DNA of 64,000 nt, taken from contig CM052816.1 of NCBI GenBank assembly GCA_028534125.1, positions 37,016,001 to 37,080,000 on the forward strand, in the 5' to 3' direction. Shown piece after piece: positions 40,481-52,844 of the stretch. The position numbers and the translations under genes are program-made. Below the pieces are notes generated by a model. The model was given only the letters and a program-made list of their open reading frames with translations, was not told the origin of the DNA and did not search any database. Within the stretch, counting starts at the first letter, position 1. Every line of letters begins with the position of its first letter. The stretch is from Lama glama (taxonomy: Eukaryota).

Positions 40481-40853
40481 CCATGCTTTTCAAAACCACA
40501 CTGGACAATTTCAGGCTGAGAAAATTGTGGAGCTAGGATTGGAATCCAAATTTTCTTGGATATTTCAAACTCTATAATATTATTCTCTAAAAGCAAAATA
40601 TGTGAAAAACCATTAGTATATTGTCCAAAATATACAAAACAGTAAATAGAAAAGATTCTCTTTATTATCACTTTTATAGCCATTATTATTTTATCTTATT
40701 GTTTAATATATTTTTTAGACTCTGGTCACATACCTTAGCATGGTAATCAAGAAACTATCACAATCCAGTCTTTGATTTTATAGTCTGACATTGAGACCTA
40801 CCTTTAGGTCTGCCTTTCTTTGTCTTGCTATCTCTGTCTGCCTTCTACTCTGT

Positions 40854-40890
<37 letters not shown>

Positions 40891-40896
40891 ACACAC
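40854..40896. repeat. (CA)n microsatellite, interrupted
   Basis: Read directly. Confidence 0.95.
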
Positions 40897-43689
40897 AAAT
40901 TACACAAAGATACAGAGTTAAGACAATATATTTTTTATTCCAAAATTTGGTAGACTGTTTTATTGTTCTTTTTATTTATGCTAATTCTTTTGTCTGGAAT
41001 AACTCATGACCATTTTCAACATTTCAACTAATGTTCATTTAGTACGCTTATGAAATGTTTCCTCGTCCAAGGAATCTCCTCTAACCTTCACTCTCTAACT
41101 TTTTGTTCCCATATTTCATTATCATAGCATATCTCATGCTCTCTTGCTTCTTTCATATGTCAAATTGCCCTTTTAGGTGATAAGCTTCTTGAGGTCAAAG
41201 ACTATGTTTTACATCTATGCTCCTCTATAGTTAGGATGTACTGACACATTAAAAACCACAATTATTAATAACTAGCAAATAAACTGACCTAATGAGGCAT
41301 CCTCTACATTTTTTCAGAAAAATATTTTACTCTGAATTTATACATCTGTATTACAAAAACCCCACTTTTTCCCCATTTGCTAAGATAGCAGCTAAAAAAA
41401 TGCTTCCCTGTATCCAGCTTCTTATCAGTTTTTGCAGTTAGAAACATAGCCACTTAAACAAAAATTACAATAAATAGGAAATTATACAAAATTTCACTGA
41501 ATCCTTTCCTTTGTAATGCTAAACAAACCAATGGCTATGTAAATGCAGCTTAAATTTGAGTACCTCACAATTTAGGAAGGTATGTGAGCAGAACAAAACT
41601 CAACCTTTGACTCAACATAAAAAGCATATCTTACTGAAAAATTTGATGTCATGTCTTTAGGAATTTGTGGCAGAAAGAATATGTGTACACATGTACACAT
41701 ATATCCATGCTTACTTTCATAGTTACTTTGTCTATTTTTGGTTTGAAATGTAATAAGTAGTCTTATTTGAACAAATCAATGCTAATATCTACAGAAAGGA
41801 TGATAGAATTTAAAAGGTGAATAACCTGTTATAATGTTTTGTGTAATTACTCATAAATGAATTGGTAAAAAGTGAAACCAACCTGGGAGATATTAGTCTT
41901 CATAATACAATTAGAATAATCATTTTAAAAAGCTTCAGATTTGTCCAAGGAATGCAACAAATATTAGGCTGAAATATTACTAGTGAAGTTAACAGGGAAT
42001 CAGTGTTAATGAATATGCTAATTGTGCTCCAGCAACTTTAGAAAAAAAGACTACTCTTGGTCCTGGAATTCAAAACAAGGAATTAATTTGAAAATATGCC
42101 ATCACTTATATAAATATGTACCATTGCTAAATGCTTAGACTTTGTGGTAAAATTCTCTATGGAAAAAAATTCTCTATGAAACAGTGAATAAGAGCTGAAA
42201 TGATTAAACCTCAATATATCACAGTGGGCTACCTCATAAATAGGAGGAAATTATAGTTCCTTTTGTAAGCAGAGTAATCAGTTTTTGACTATGAGACTTT
42301 TCCTAAAGAGAATATTTCCTCCCCTTTACTTTTGTACATCATTGAGCCTAAAATTTATATTTCTGGTTAGTGTTCAGATCTGACACCAGTATTAAATTAA
42401 ATGGATCAATCACTTTTGAAAAATCAGTTTGGAACTCCCCGATTGGACATATTTATGTTCTTTTCTTTCTTTCTTTCTTTTTTTTTATTTTCCCAGAAGA
42501 GTCAAGATTGTGTATGAAAAATATATTAACATCTTGTTGCTGAGTTGAAATAGGGAATTAATAAAAATGACTTCCAAAATTAGTTTAATTGTATGAGAAA
42601 GTAATTTTCATAAAAAATTTACTTAGTATTCTTCAGTCTCTTTAATTACATAGAGCACATTATTAATATATGTGATATTTACATTTTCAGATGCAATTTC
42701 AATATTTTAAAAACTCAGAGGAAAATATATCACTAATAAAATGAGTGAACAAATTATTTCAACTTGTTCCACAATTTTAGTTAAAATAAGCCTTTCAATT
42801 TAAGCAAATAACTCCATAATAATAGTGCTTGGCCTAATTCAGTTCTGTCTTAACTTAGTGCTTAATTTTTCCTTGCAAATATGGAGCAAGAATTGTACAG
42901 AAGAAGTGTAATATTTACTTGTAAATCATGTTTTAATTTTGGAAACTTTTACTATTATTTGTATAAAATTTATTCTCCATATTAAAAATGTGAAAGTAAT
43001 TGAAACTGGAATAATTGTCAATTTAAAATTAGGATATACTTCTAATATCATTTGTAATTCTTACTCATGATGAGTAATTGGTAAGCACAAATTATAATCA
43101 TATATTTGATCACAAATTTGATTATAAATTTGATTTGTTCCACACACTGATACAGTCTGGTAGAGTAGAGTCATTTCATGGCAGAACTGAGAATGTATGA
43201 ATTGGGATGACTTCTGAAACATTTACATATTTCTATGAGAATTAAAAAAATCCAACTGTATAATATATTATGCAAGTGCACAATGTGTATAAATATTTTT
43301 GGAAAAAAGCTGTAGCTTTTTTTTTACTAATTAAAAAAATTAAACACACAAGAATATATTAGGTAGAGAAAACATGATTTGTAAACATGGTTTTTCTAAA
43401 CAGTTGGCTAAAATTTAAATTTGTACTTGGAATTATGTATGAAAATATGATATTTAGTAAAATAAATCTCACTAATACATATAGAAGTTTAATTTTGGTT
43501 AAAAGGCTCAAAGGATTACTAGAAAGAATACTTGCTTTGAAGAGACACACACTCAACATGTTTTCCCCTACAAGAGCTAATAAAATACAAAGATTCAAAA
43601 TGAGATCACTTTATTGTCTTAATAATGATGACTCCAAGTCTCTTCTATGGACTTTCCTTCTGATGACAAGACTAAGAACTTCAGCTGTG

Positions 43690-44005
43690 CCACAAATGAA
43701 CTTGTTTACAAAACAGAAACAGACTCACAGATATAGAAACAGACTTACAGTTATCAGGGGTAAAGGGGAACTAGAGGGATAAATTGGGAGTTTGGGATTT
43801 GTAAATACTAACTACTATATATAAAACAGATAAAGAACAAGGTCCTAATGTATAGCACAGGGAACTATATTCAATATCTTGTAATAGCTTATAATGAAGA
43901 ATATGAAAAGGAATATGTATATATATATGCATAACTGACTCACTATACTGTACACGAGAAATTAACACAACATAAACTGACTATGCTTCACTTGAAAAAA
44001 AAAAA
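43690..44005 (+). mobile_element. 5'-truncated L1 3' end with poly(A) and a 16-bp TSD
   Basis: 'acaaatgaacttgtttacaaaacagaaacagactcacaga..tatagcacagggaactatattcaatatcttgtaata', then an A-tail. TSD aagaacttcagctgtg (43674-43689) / aagaactttagatgtg (44006-44021). Confidence 0.93.
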
Positions 44006-44629
44006 AAGAACTTTAGATGTGATTACACTATTAAAGAAGTCACCATAGCTGCTGATTCACAGAGAGGGAAGTGAAATGTCTGGTCAGCCTGTCAAATTTG
44101 CTGCTGTCAGGCTCATATGAATTTTCTGTTGGGATCCTGCTCCACAAGCAAGGTACTGCTAAAGTCAGGAAACATCTCTATAGACCATGTCTATTGCAGT
44201 CACTCACTGAGATCTCATCTTCCAACAGAAACCATTATCTTTGATACCTATTCTGGTTGGCAATTCTAATGTAACATCTTAGAATAACAAATCTAAAGTA
44301 ACAATTATAAAGTAACAAAATAGGTGTTCCATACTGAAGCTAGTTCTTTTTCCATAAACTTCTTTCATTTTGTATCCACAGCTGCACATCATTTTTTACC
44401 AAAATCATATCTGGTGCTGAGTGAGGAGCCTTGAATGCTGAACTGAGACCTGCACAGTGAAAACAAATCAATAAGACAAGAGCTTATGAGTGTTAGTGAG
44501 GATGTGGACCCTTACATACTGTGGATGAGAATGTAAATTGGTATAGTCACTATGGACAACAGTATGGTGGTCCTCAAAATATTACAAATAGAACTACCAT
44601 AAGATCAAGAAATTCCACTTCTGGATATA

Positions 44630-44802
44630 CAGTTGACCCTTGAACAAGGCTAGGGTTAGAGGTGCCAACCCCCATGCTTTACAGTCGGCCCTCACTCTCC
44701 AAGGTTAATCATCCAAGCAGCCATGGATCCTGCAGTACTGCAGTATGTAGTTATTGAAAAAAATTCCATGTTTAAGTGCCCATACAGTTCAAGGGTTAAC
44801 TA
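44630..44802 (+). mobile_element. Tigger2-type (TcMar-Tigger) non-autonomous MITE
   Basis: Terminal inverted repeats cagttgacccttgaac / gttcaagggttaacta, flanked by TA at 44628-44629 and 44803-44804. Confidence 0.9.
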
Positions 44803-44820
44803 TATATCCAAAGGAAAGCA

Positions 44821-44883
44821 AGCTTTGCGCAGTGGCAGTATCGTAGCCAATGAGGTTTATCCGAGGCGCGATTATTGCTAATT
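44821..44883 (+). pseudogene. RNU4: U4 snRNA retropseudogene, 3'-truncated (nt 1-63), no poly(A)
   Basis: AGCTTTGCGCAGTGGCAGTATCGTAGCCAATGAGGTTTATCCGAGGCGCGATTATTGCTAATT matches the 5' end of vertebrate U4 snRNA as I recall it. Perfect TSD caaaggaaagca at 44809-44820 and 44884-44895. Confidence 0.97.
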
Positions 44884-47800
44884 CAAAGGAAAGCAAAACA
44901 AGATATGGAAGAGATATCTACAATCTCAAGTTCACTTCAGCATTATTCAGAACAGCCAAGATATAGAAACAACCTAGGTCTCCATCAAGGATGAATGGAT
45001 GAAGAAAATGTGGTATACATATAAATGGAACATTATTAAGATATGAGAAAGAAAAAAAAAAATCCTGGCATTTGCAGCAGCATGAATGGGCCCTGAGGGC
45101 ATTATGCTAAGTGAAATAAACCATACAAGAGAAAGACAAATTGCATCGTATCACTTATTTGTGAAATTTAAACAAATGTTAAACATATAGATAGAAAAGT
45201 AATTGCAAGAGGCTGGGGCAGGGAGTGGTGGATGGGTGGAGAATTGAGAGATGCTGGTAAAAGGGGGAAGAATACTATATCCTTGATTAAATCAAACATT
45301 ATTTTTTTTTTAAGTAAATACATGATTTTACCTTTTCTAAACCATACTGACCTTATTATATTGATTACATATTTACTTTGTGGTAAGGTCAATATATTAC
45401 CAAACTGAATTTTAAAAGCATTTAGCAGAAAAAAAGAATAAATATAATCTAATAAAATTATATTTGACATACATAGAATTGGTTGGAGTGTGAATTTATT
45501 TTTAGATAATTAAAATCTATTGTATAAATATTAACATTATTCTACTAGTGGTTAAGATGAGGGGTAGAATAGACCAAAAGATACTTTTGAAATATAATCA
45601 GATTACATTTCGTAATGTCAGACGAGAGGAGATAGATCTGAGAATTTGTTTCTTGCTCTGGCATTTAAACCTAGCTTTGGCTTTTTAAAATGCTAAAAAG
45701 TCTGATTGTTATGTTGACTCAGTTGCTGTGCTGGACTCTGCTGCTTAAAAGGAATAGAAATCTTAATGGGAAGCTACCAAAGTCATAATTCACAACTCGC
45801 GTTTATCAGCAGATTGTCAAGGTGGGACACTTAGGCTTGAAAAATAAGTGTATTATATCATCATCATAAAAGAAAGTTTTAGTTGCTGAACCTGAGGCTT
45901 TTTCACCCCCCGTATTATATCAAGCAATTCTGGTGGCCTTTTGATCTGTCACAACTAATAATAACTTTTCTTGTTAAGTGGTCCTGGTACAAAACTTTTT
46001 GAGGGAATGGTATACAAGGGCCACTCACATTAAGTTTTATGTTTTCCTATCAACATCAGTGAGAGATGGGGTAAGCTGTAGTGGAAGTTCGCTGTATCAT
46101 ATATCAGCAAACTAGCATCAGCCTTTTAAGCAGGAATCTAAGGCAAGCAGAGAATATCCTCTATACCAACACGTTACTTTGTTTTACTAGAGTGGCTTTC
46201 AACCGCAGCTCCTTCACTTAGGAGACAAACCTCCAGCAGCTCTAATTTCTCCTGTAGCTAGTAGTAAGTCAAACACTAAATGACATTTATTAACTCTTTG
46301 AAATTAGGCGTGGAGACATTTTTTGATGTGCATGGCTCTGAAGGACATAGAAGGGAAACAGTCTGAAAGAAGCTGGCCTGACTTTATTCTCTATTCTGGT
46401 GGAGGAAGAGAAAATTTGGCCATACGAAATTCCGTGGGGCTTTGTGTTAGAAGCAGCAAAGTGTTACACTGTATTTGTTAAATACAGGAAAACATACTGT
46501 AGGGATGTGTTAGAAGGCCCCTGATTGGAAAAAGAAATTCTCATCTTCTGTATAAAGTACCCTTTAAGCATTCTGTAATTACCTTTTATAGAATTATTAC
46601 TCATAATTAACATATACATATAAGAATGCAAGATTTATGAAGCTGAGAAGAACAACTGTCTGTACTACTGCTCTATTCTCAGTGTTTTGCAAAGGGCCAA
46701 GTGTATTACAGGAGCTCAAATAATATTTGTAAAGTGTTTGAAAAATAAATAACCTATGGCATTGGCTTTCTTAATATTTTATCCAAGTTTTGTCTTTACT
46801 TTTACATTTCCTATTGTATTTCATTTAGCTTAGAACTCATGAACTGGCTTCACTCTCCAGAAGCTATTTTTTAACTTTCCTTTCATTGCAGGAGAAATTC
46901 AAGAAGTCAATTATTATATCCACACACCAGGTGGCATCTTTCCTTAATATAGCAAGATATTGAGATGTCTGATTGTGGAACTTTTTGTTGGAAAGATTAA
47001 ATAGAGACTTCCATACAATCTCAAATTTTTTACCAGTCTAGATAATCATCATGTGTGTATGTGATTAATTTACCAATTTTGTGTGTGAATTTAAAGCAAT
47101 TGTCTGTTATGCATGTATTCAGCTCTTGTTGGCTATACTGAAGACATTTAGTGGGTATGCTTACTGAGTATATCTAGACCTCAAAGATTGTATCTTTTTA
47201 ATCTACTTTCACAAAACAATGATATTAATTGTATTATATGGACTTATCCTTGGCAATTTTGTTTGTTCTTTAAATCTGTTAATCTTTCTAGTTATTCATA
47301 GATTCAACAAGAGAAGGATACATGTCTTTGTCTCAGTTTAAATAAGAGAATTTTACTTGATAGCCAACCAAGAATCTGATCTTCAAGGCACTTAGAATGA
47401 TTCCATTCTTGTTTAACAACTCAGTGTACTTCATAGCTAAAATCTAGTTTCAAAAACTCAAAATAATGCCTTTACCTTAGTATTATTGCTTTTTATGCTT
47501 CAGGTTATAAGTCATTTATTTTCTTTACAACATGTGATTATGGAACTTAGTTTAAATGTATTAGTAACAGCATAATAGGCCTTAAAACTGAATGTGTTAA
47601 CTAGGATGAAGTCACTGGAGAGTAGAGTTTGTCTTATTAGAATGTTGGGTTACACCTTAACATTTTTGACGTGTACTTGTCAATGGCATGTAGACTCAGT
47701 AATAATGAAGACGCCTTGCCACTGATTCATAATATTCATTATAGATGAAGTTGACTTGTCAAAGCAGAATCAACACTTGTATTTATCATTATTACTCAGC

Positions 47801-48319
47801 ACAATTTAAACTTATCACTCTAAGCTTATTCAAAGAAAAAATATAATTTCATAGAACTCCATGCTGAATCTTCTTCTGAAGTTTCACAAGAAGACAAATT
47901 TGATATAATGGTAGACATTGCTTTCATCCTTACTTCAGAGTCAATGCTAAGTTTGTCTGATACATTTTGTAGACTTAGAAAAATAGCTTATTCCTGTCAT
48001 TATCCTTATAGCCATTAACTGAATATATACAAAATATTATAATAAATATTAACATTTTTCAGCCTAAAGGTTCTCAGTCAAGAGATTTGAATTACCTGCA
48101 GGATAATGAAGACTGGAAAAATTAAGCAAAAAAAATTCAAAGTTAGTATATTAATGAGGTGTAATTATTTTTTAATTGAACTCTGACTTGAATTATAAAC
48201 CTAAAAATGGTGGATGGGAAAAAAAAAGCAGTAGTTTTCTTTAATTAAAAGTTTAAAATGTTTCTGTTTTAAAGGAAAATAGTTTTCCAACAACAAACAT
48301 TTTAATTGGTTTGGGTGGT

Positions 48320-48545
48320 GTTTGTGTGACAGATGACGTCAATGCTCCACCTATGTGCTTTTAGATCTCTTTGCCATTTTCACTCTGTGCTTTCACGCCC
48401 AACAGCTAACACCTGCAGGAAGAGCGAAACATACCTTGCATTTACATCGCCCTAGGACGAGCACTAGCAAATGACATGCGCTGCAGATGGAGAAGCTAGT
48501 CCGGCTTCCCGCCCCGCCGATCCATACTGCTCTGAGGTAGGACTG
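48320..48545. promoter_or_regulatory. Candidate promoter or enhancer: small CpG cluster with a CRE and GC boxes
   Basis: TGACGTCA at 48334-48341, CCCGCCCCGCC at 48508-48518, about 10 CpGs in about 200 bp against a CpG-poor background; no repeat recognised. Confidence 0.4.
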
Positions 48546-48744
48546 TCTTCAGTCTCTTTTTTGGAATTTAGCCTAATTGCCCTTCATGGGACTTTGACAT
48601 TGAATATTTGCTTGGTTTCCTCTTCTTCCTGATCTCTCTGTCTCGCTCGCTTACTCTTTTCCCTGGCAGCATGTCCTAATTAATCATTCTCACATGGATC
48701 CTCAGCTTAAGGTCTGCTTCTGGGGAGCCCCTCTTAAGACAGAG

Positions 48745-49120
48745 GGGTAGTCGTTAGTGCTGCTTCCTAGGTGTTCTACTCTCTGCCTTCTGAGCATGAC
48801 GTGGGGATGTACTTCCTGGCCTCTTGTGGCTGGCTGATGGGCCAAGGTATTGGCTCTATAGAGGTGATGAATGCTACTTCTGGGCTGACCATCAAATTTC
48901 CAGGATGAAATCCTTTAGAACTCTGTTGTGGAGATGGAGATTGTTCCAGAGCATGGCTATCCTATCACCATAGGACTTAGAGTCAGTGTGAGAATGCAGA
49001 GCAGAGGCCCAGCCCTGATTCAGTAGTTAGAGTGAGAAATAAATTTACATTGTGTTACGCCACTGAGAGTCTGGGGGGAGCTTACTATGCTGTAATGTAC
49101 CTAGCATGTCCTGACAGATG
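48745..49120 (+). mobile_element. MaLR LTR (MLT1I/J-like)
   Basis: 'cttcctggcctcttgtgg..gtgagaaataaatttacattgtgttacgccactgaga..cctagcatgtcctgac'. Confidence 0.75.
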
Positions 49121-49232
49121 TAGAGAGTGAGAAAAAAGATGACCTGAGGATGACTAAGATTTCTGACTTGCGCTATTGGATGAATGGTGTTACTATTCTT
49201 TGGGTTGGGAAAAGCAAGGAGGAAGAGCTGGC

Positions 49233-49505
49233 TTTATTTATGTATTTATTTATGTATTTATTATATATAATTGAGGTATACTTGACATACAACATGATAT
49301 TAGTTTCAGGTGTAGATATAATGATTCGATGTTTGTATATATTGCAAGATGATCACTAAAAATGTCTCGCTAACATCTGTCACCACATATGTTCCTTTTT
49401 TTTTTGTGATGAGAACTTTTAAGACCTACTCTTTTAGCAACTTTCAAATATACAATACAGTATTATTAACTACAGTCACCATGCTGTACATTATATCCCC
49501 ATGAC
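49233..49505 (-). mobile_element. L1MA9-like 3' end
   Basis: (TTTA)-type tail plus 'attgaggtatacttgacatacaac..ttagtttcaggtgta..gtgatgagaacttttaagacctactct..gtcaccatgctgtacatta'. Confidence 0.88.
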
Positions 49506-51409
49506 ATTTTTTTCTTTTTAAACTATACTGGTTATTATAGTTGAAAAATTTACTATAGTGATCTCTAATGTTTCTTAATATAAATTATGATTTTTAATGG
49601 AGATGTATGCTTTCTTCATAATATCTATAATGGGAGTTAATATGACAAATCATTTTTAATTTATAAAATCTAGTGATTGACTTTCAAACAATAGTAAGTC
49701 ACTTAAATGTCTCAAATCTTTATTATTGTTTCCACATTTCTATAATTAAACTTGTAAAAAACTATTATCCTTCCCTGCCAAAAAAAAAAACCAAACAAAA
49801 CAAAATCAAAAAATCAAAAAACAAACAGCATTCTGTATGTTTGCCATTGTATATTGTGCTTATATTCTTGATGTTTTATGTCAAAACTCTGAGTATGACG
49901 TGGTAATTCACAAAGGATGTCTGCACACATCTGTCTAAATGAGTTCTGGTTTTGCTATACAGCTGTTGTGTCTGCATGAGGCTTTAGGTATGTTTGTGTG
50001 CGTGTGTGTGTGAAATAGCAGTTTGGGAGAGACAGTAAGTGAGAATTTATTCAGCTGTTTGTATGCAAGATTTTAATAAGTAATAAGAAAGAAAATGTGA
50101 TAAGTCCAGGAAACAGGATGATGGTCTTGACTCTAAATAGCTTAAATGTCTATTCCATAGAGGATACAGAAAGTCTGAGTTCCATAGGTGAAATGAATGC
50201 CAAACCATCTGATTGTAAATTTGAAGCATTCTGGTACCCAAGAATAAAAGGGAATCCAGACACATTACCTTCTTAGAGAATCATTGTTCTTTAGACATCA
50301 CTTGTGGATCTGCAGCACAAGCCAATACTCTAAAAGGCTCTGTTGGTTATTTCATTTGCTTTGCTTATCAGAGGCAAAGCAAAGCTTATATTCAGAGGAA
50401 AGCTATGTAGGTCCTATCTGATATTCCAGCCAAGTACAATGGCTCTATCGGGCAAAGAAGGAAGTACAGCTATTGATTCCCTGAAACATTGTTGAAACAC
50501 ATTCAACAAATGTATACAGAATGGTTTAAAATAATATTTAAATTTAATAATATTTAACTCTGGTCTTCCAAATTCCAAGGTATCATCAGAAGCCTTTAAT
50601 ATTAGTTCTTAATAGAATTTCGGCAAATGGAGCTTATTTCCAACTTCACTATTACTAAAGGCAATTCCATTTCCATTAAGCCCTAAATGTATGTGTTTGT
50701 CAATTCGCAACACCAGTGCAAATTTAATTAAATAATCTTAAATACGTGTACTTAAAAGTCAAATGAAGAAATTAAGTTCCCGTTGTTCACCTGCAACTGC
50801 TTAATTTATGCTGGCTATTTAATTGAAAGTCAATAACCTGGAAAGGAAAAGCATATTCACTTGAGATTATATTAGAAACTGTGAAGGGTGATCAATTGCA
50901 TGATTCACAAGTGTGTCTGTTTACTTCTTGCTTTCAGTTTAGAGTAACAGTTTTCTCCTCTTTAAATATGTGTATCAAATGTATATGCTATTTGAAAGTA
51001 ACATTAAAACTACTAATATTCTCAATTACATTTGTAAACAAATGTAACTTTAAGCTAACAAAAGCTAACTTTATTAATGCCACACATATTTCAGTTTTAC
51101 TTAATTACATTTTATTGTCATGTATATCAAAATATTTTAAAAATCACATTCATTTCAATATCATATTAAAGCAGTAACTACAATTATGCTTGAAGCATGA
51201 CGTCTCTTTCTTACACTCATATGAACACTCCTTCTGTGTAAATCTTGTGTTTAATAATCACTCTGTATGATTTAGTTGATTTTTGTTTTTTCGTATTTAT
51301 CATCCCTGCATATACTTGTGCTCAGTGGCGAGCATAAGCAATCAAAAGATTTTTTACAATTTTTAAAAATGATTTTAACAGCAAGGGAGATTTATTTCAT
51401 TGGGAAGGA

Positions 51410-51850
51410 GATTCTTATAGCATTTAAGATTGAGGACACTGGAGCCTGACTGCCTTGGGTTAGTGTACTAGCCCTAGATTTACTGTGTGACTTTGAAAAA
51501 GTTGCTTGACTTCTCTGTGTTGCAATTCCTCTACTATCAAAATGACCTAGTGGCCAGAATATATTATTATTTATTTTTATTTGAGATGATTTTCTGGCAT
51601 AATGCAGGAGAAACAAGGTAGTAAATTTTTGAAGGTAAAAAAAGTTATTACATATACATGAAAGAGTTGGGAAGTGAAAGTCTGTAAGAGGAACCAAAAT
51701 GTCATATTTTATATGGAACATTGAGTAAGAATTTTAACTTCCTTAAACATCAATTTCCTGTGCTGTAAATTGGGGATGATTATTATGGTTTTCTTCCTCA
51801 TAGATTAGTTCTATTAATAAAATAATGCGTTTTGGAATTCCTTATAAATT
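51410..51850 (+). mobile_element. Two MIR fragments (about 51410-51610 and about 51720-51850)
   Basis: 'ctggagcctgactgccttgggtt..tgtgtgactttg..acttctctgtg' and 'caatttcctgtgctgtaaattggggatgat'. Confidence 0.75.
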
Positions 51851-52844
51851 ATAAAGTAATATAGATGCTATTTGTTAATATAATATTATTAATGACAATC
51901 ATCGAGATGTGTGTCACATTTCTTTGATAAACAATCCTTTTCAGGCCTGATAAGCTTACAAAAGTTACCTAATTTAATTTAAAATTGCAATATCATAGAC
52001 TGTTAATGTTCTTTCAGACCACATGTATACTGTTCGATGAATTGACAAACCAACTTAGCACATACGTCTTACCTGCTAACACTATTACAGTAAAGCTCTA
52101 GTTCATCCTATATTTATCAAATATAAACTTACCCTTTCATGACTGTGGCAATATAGCTAGTGTTATAATCATTGGTATCCCAAGCTTCAGTTAATCGGAT
52201 ATTCCAAAGTTTCAAATTATTTGCCTAGGAAAGGGTGTAATTATTCTAAGAATGAAAGCTAGCAAAGAATGATTTTATATATCACAGGTAATATAATTTT
52301 ATTACATGCTGACAATTGTACTCCGTGGTTTTATAAGGCACAAAAAGCAGAAAGCATTACGGCTACATCTTATATTTGCCTTTGACATTAACTAGAAGCT
52401 TTCATTAGTCCAAGAACTAGATTTCTCCTTTGGGAGGACAGAGGGAGAAATATTGAGGAACACAAAGCAGAAAATACTTTGTGATTTTCCTATCATTACT
52501 TTCTATGAGTTTTCTTTAACATCTTTCCCTCTTCATTTTTTAAAGAGATAGACATTTAAAAAAATGATAGATGCTATTATTTGTTTTGAAATTCTAATTT
52601 GCTTGATCAACTTTTTAACAGTAGACTTATTAGCAGAATTGGTAGATTAAATGTCCCTAGGGAAATTAAATTTGTAGTATGGATTTTCATGGGTGGAATA
52701 CATTTGATCCAATATCTTGATACTATATTAGTATGAGCAATGTGGAGATTTTCAGGTAAAATGATGGATTGCATGCTGGCATCTATTTTCACAGGATAGC
52801 GAAATCCTGAAAAAAAAGTTAACGGGACTATTTTAAGGGCATGA

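Larger units (their letters stand above)
44460..45265 (+). mobile_element. L1MA-like 3' region hosting the Tigger MITE and the U4 retrocopy
   Basis: 'gtgaggatgtgga..gaatgtaaattggtatag..aatagaactaccat..aattccacttctgg' ... 'gatgaatggatgaagaaaatgtggta..gagggcattatgctaagtgaaataa'. Confidence 0.9.

Noticed and set aside
41679..41702. Palindrome with 11-bp arms (atatgtgtaca-ca-tgtacacatat)
   Set aside because: Alternating purine/pyrimidine low-complexity sequence is self-complementary by nature.
43387..43782. 131-aa plus-strand ORF
   Set aside because: An AT-rich chance frame that runs into an L1 3' UTR.
44821..44883. Functional U4 snRNA gene
   Set aside because: It lacks the 3' half including the Sm site, sits inside L1/Tigger sequence with no snRNA promoter context, and is flanked by a TSD.
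50269..50330. Possible minus-strand exon with an AAG|GTAATG donor
   Set aside because: All three frames contain stops.
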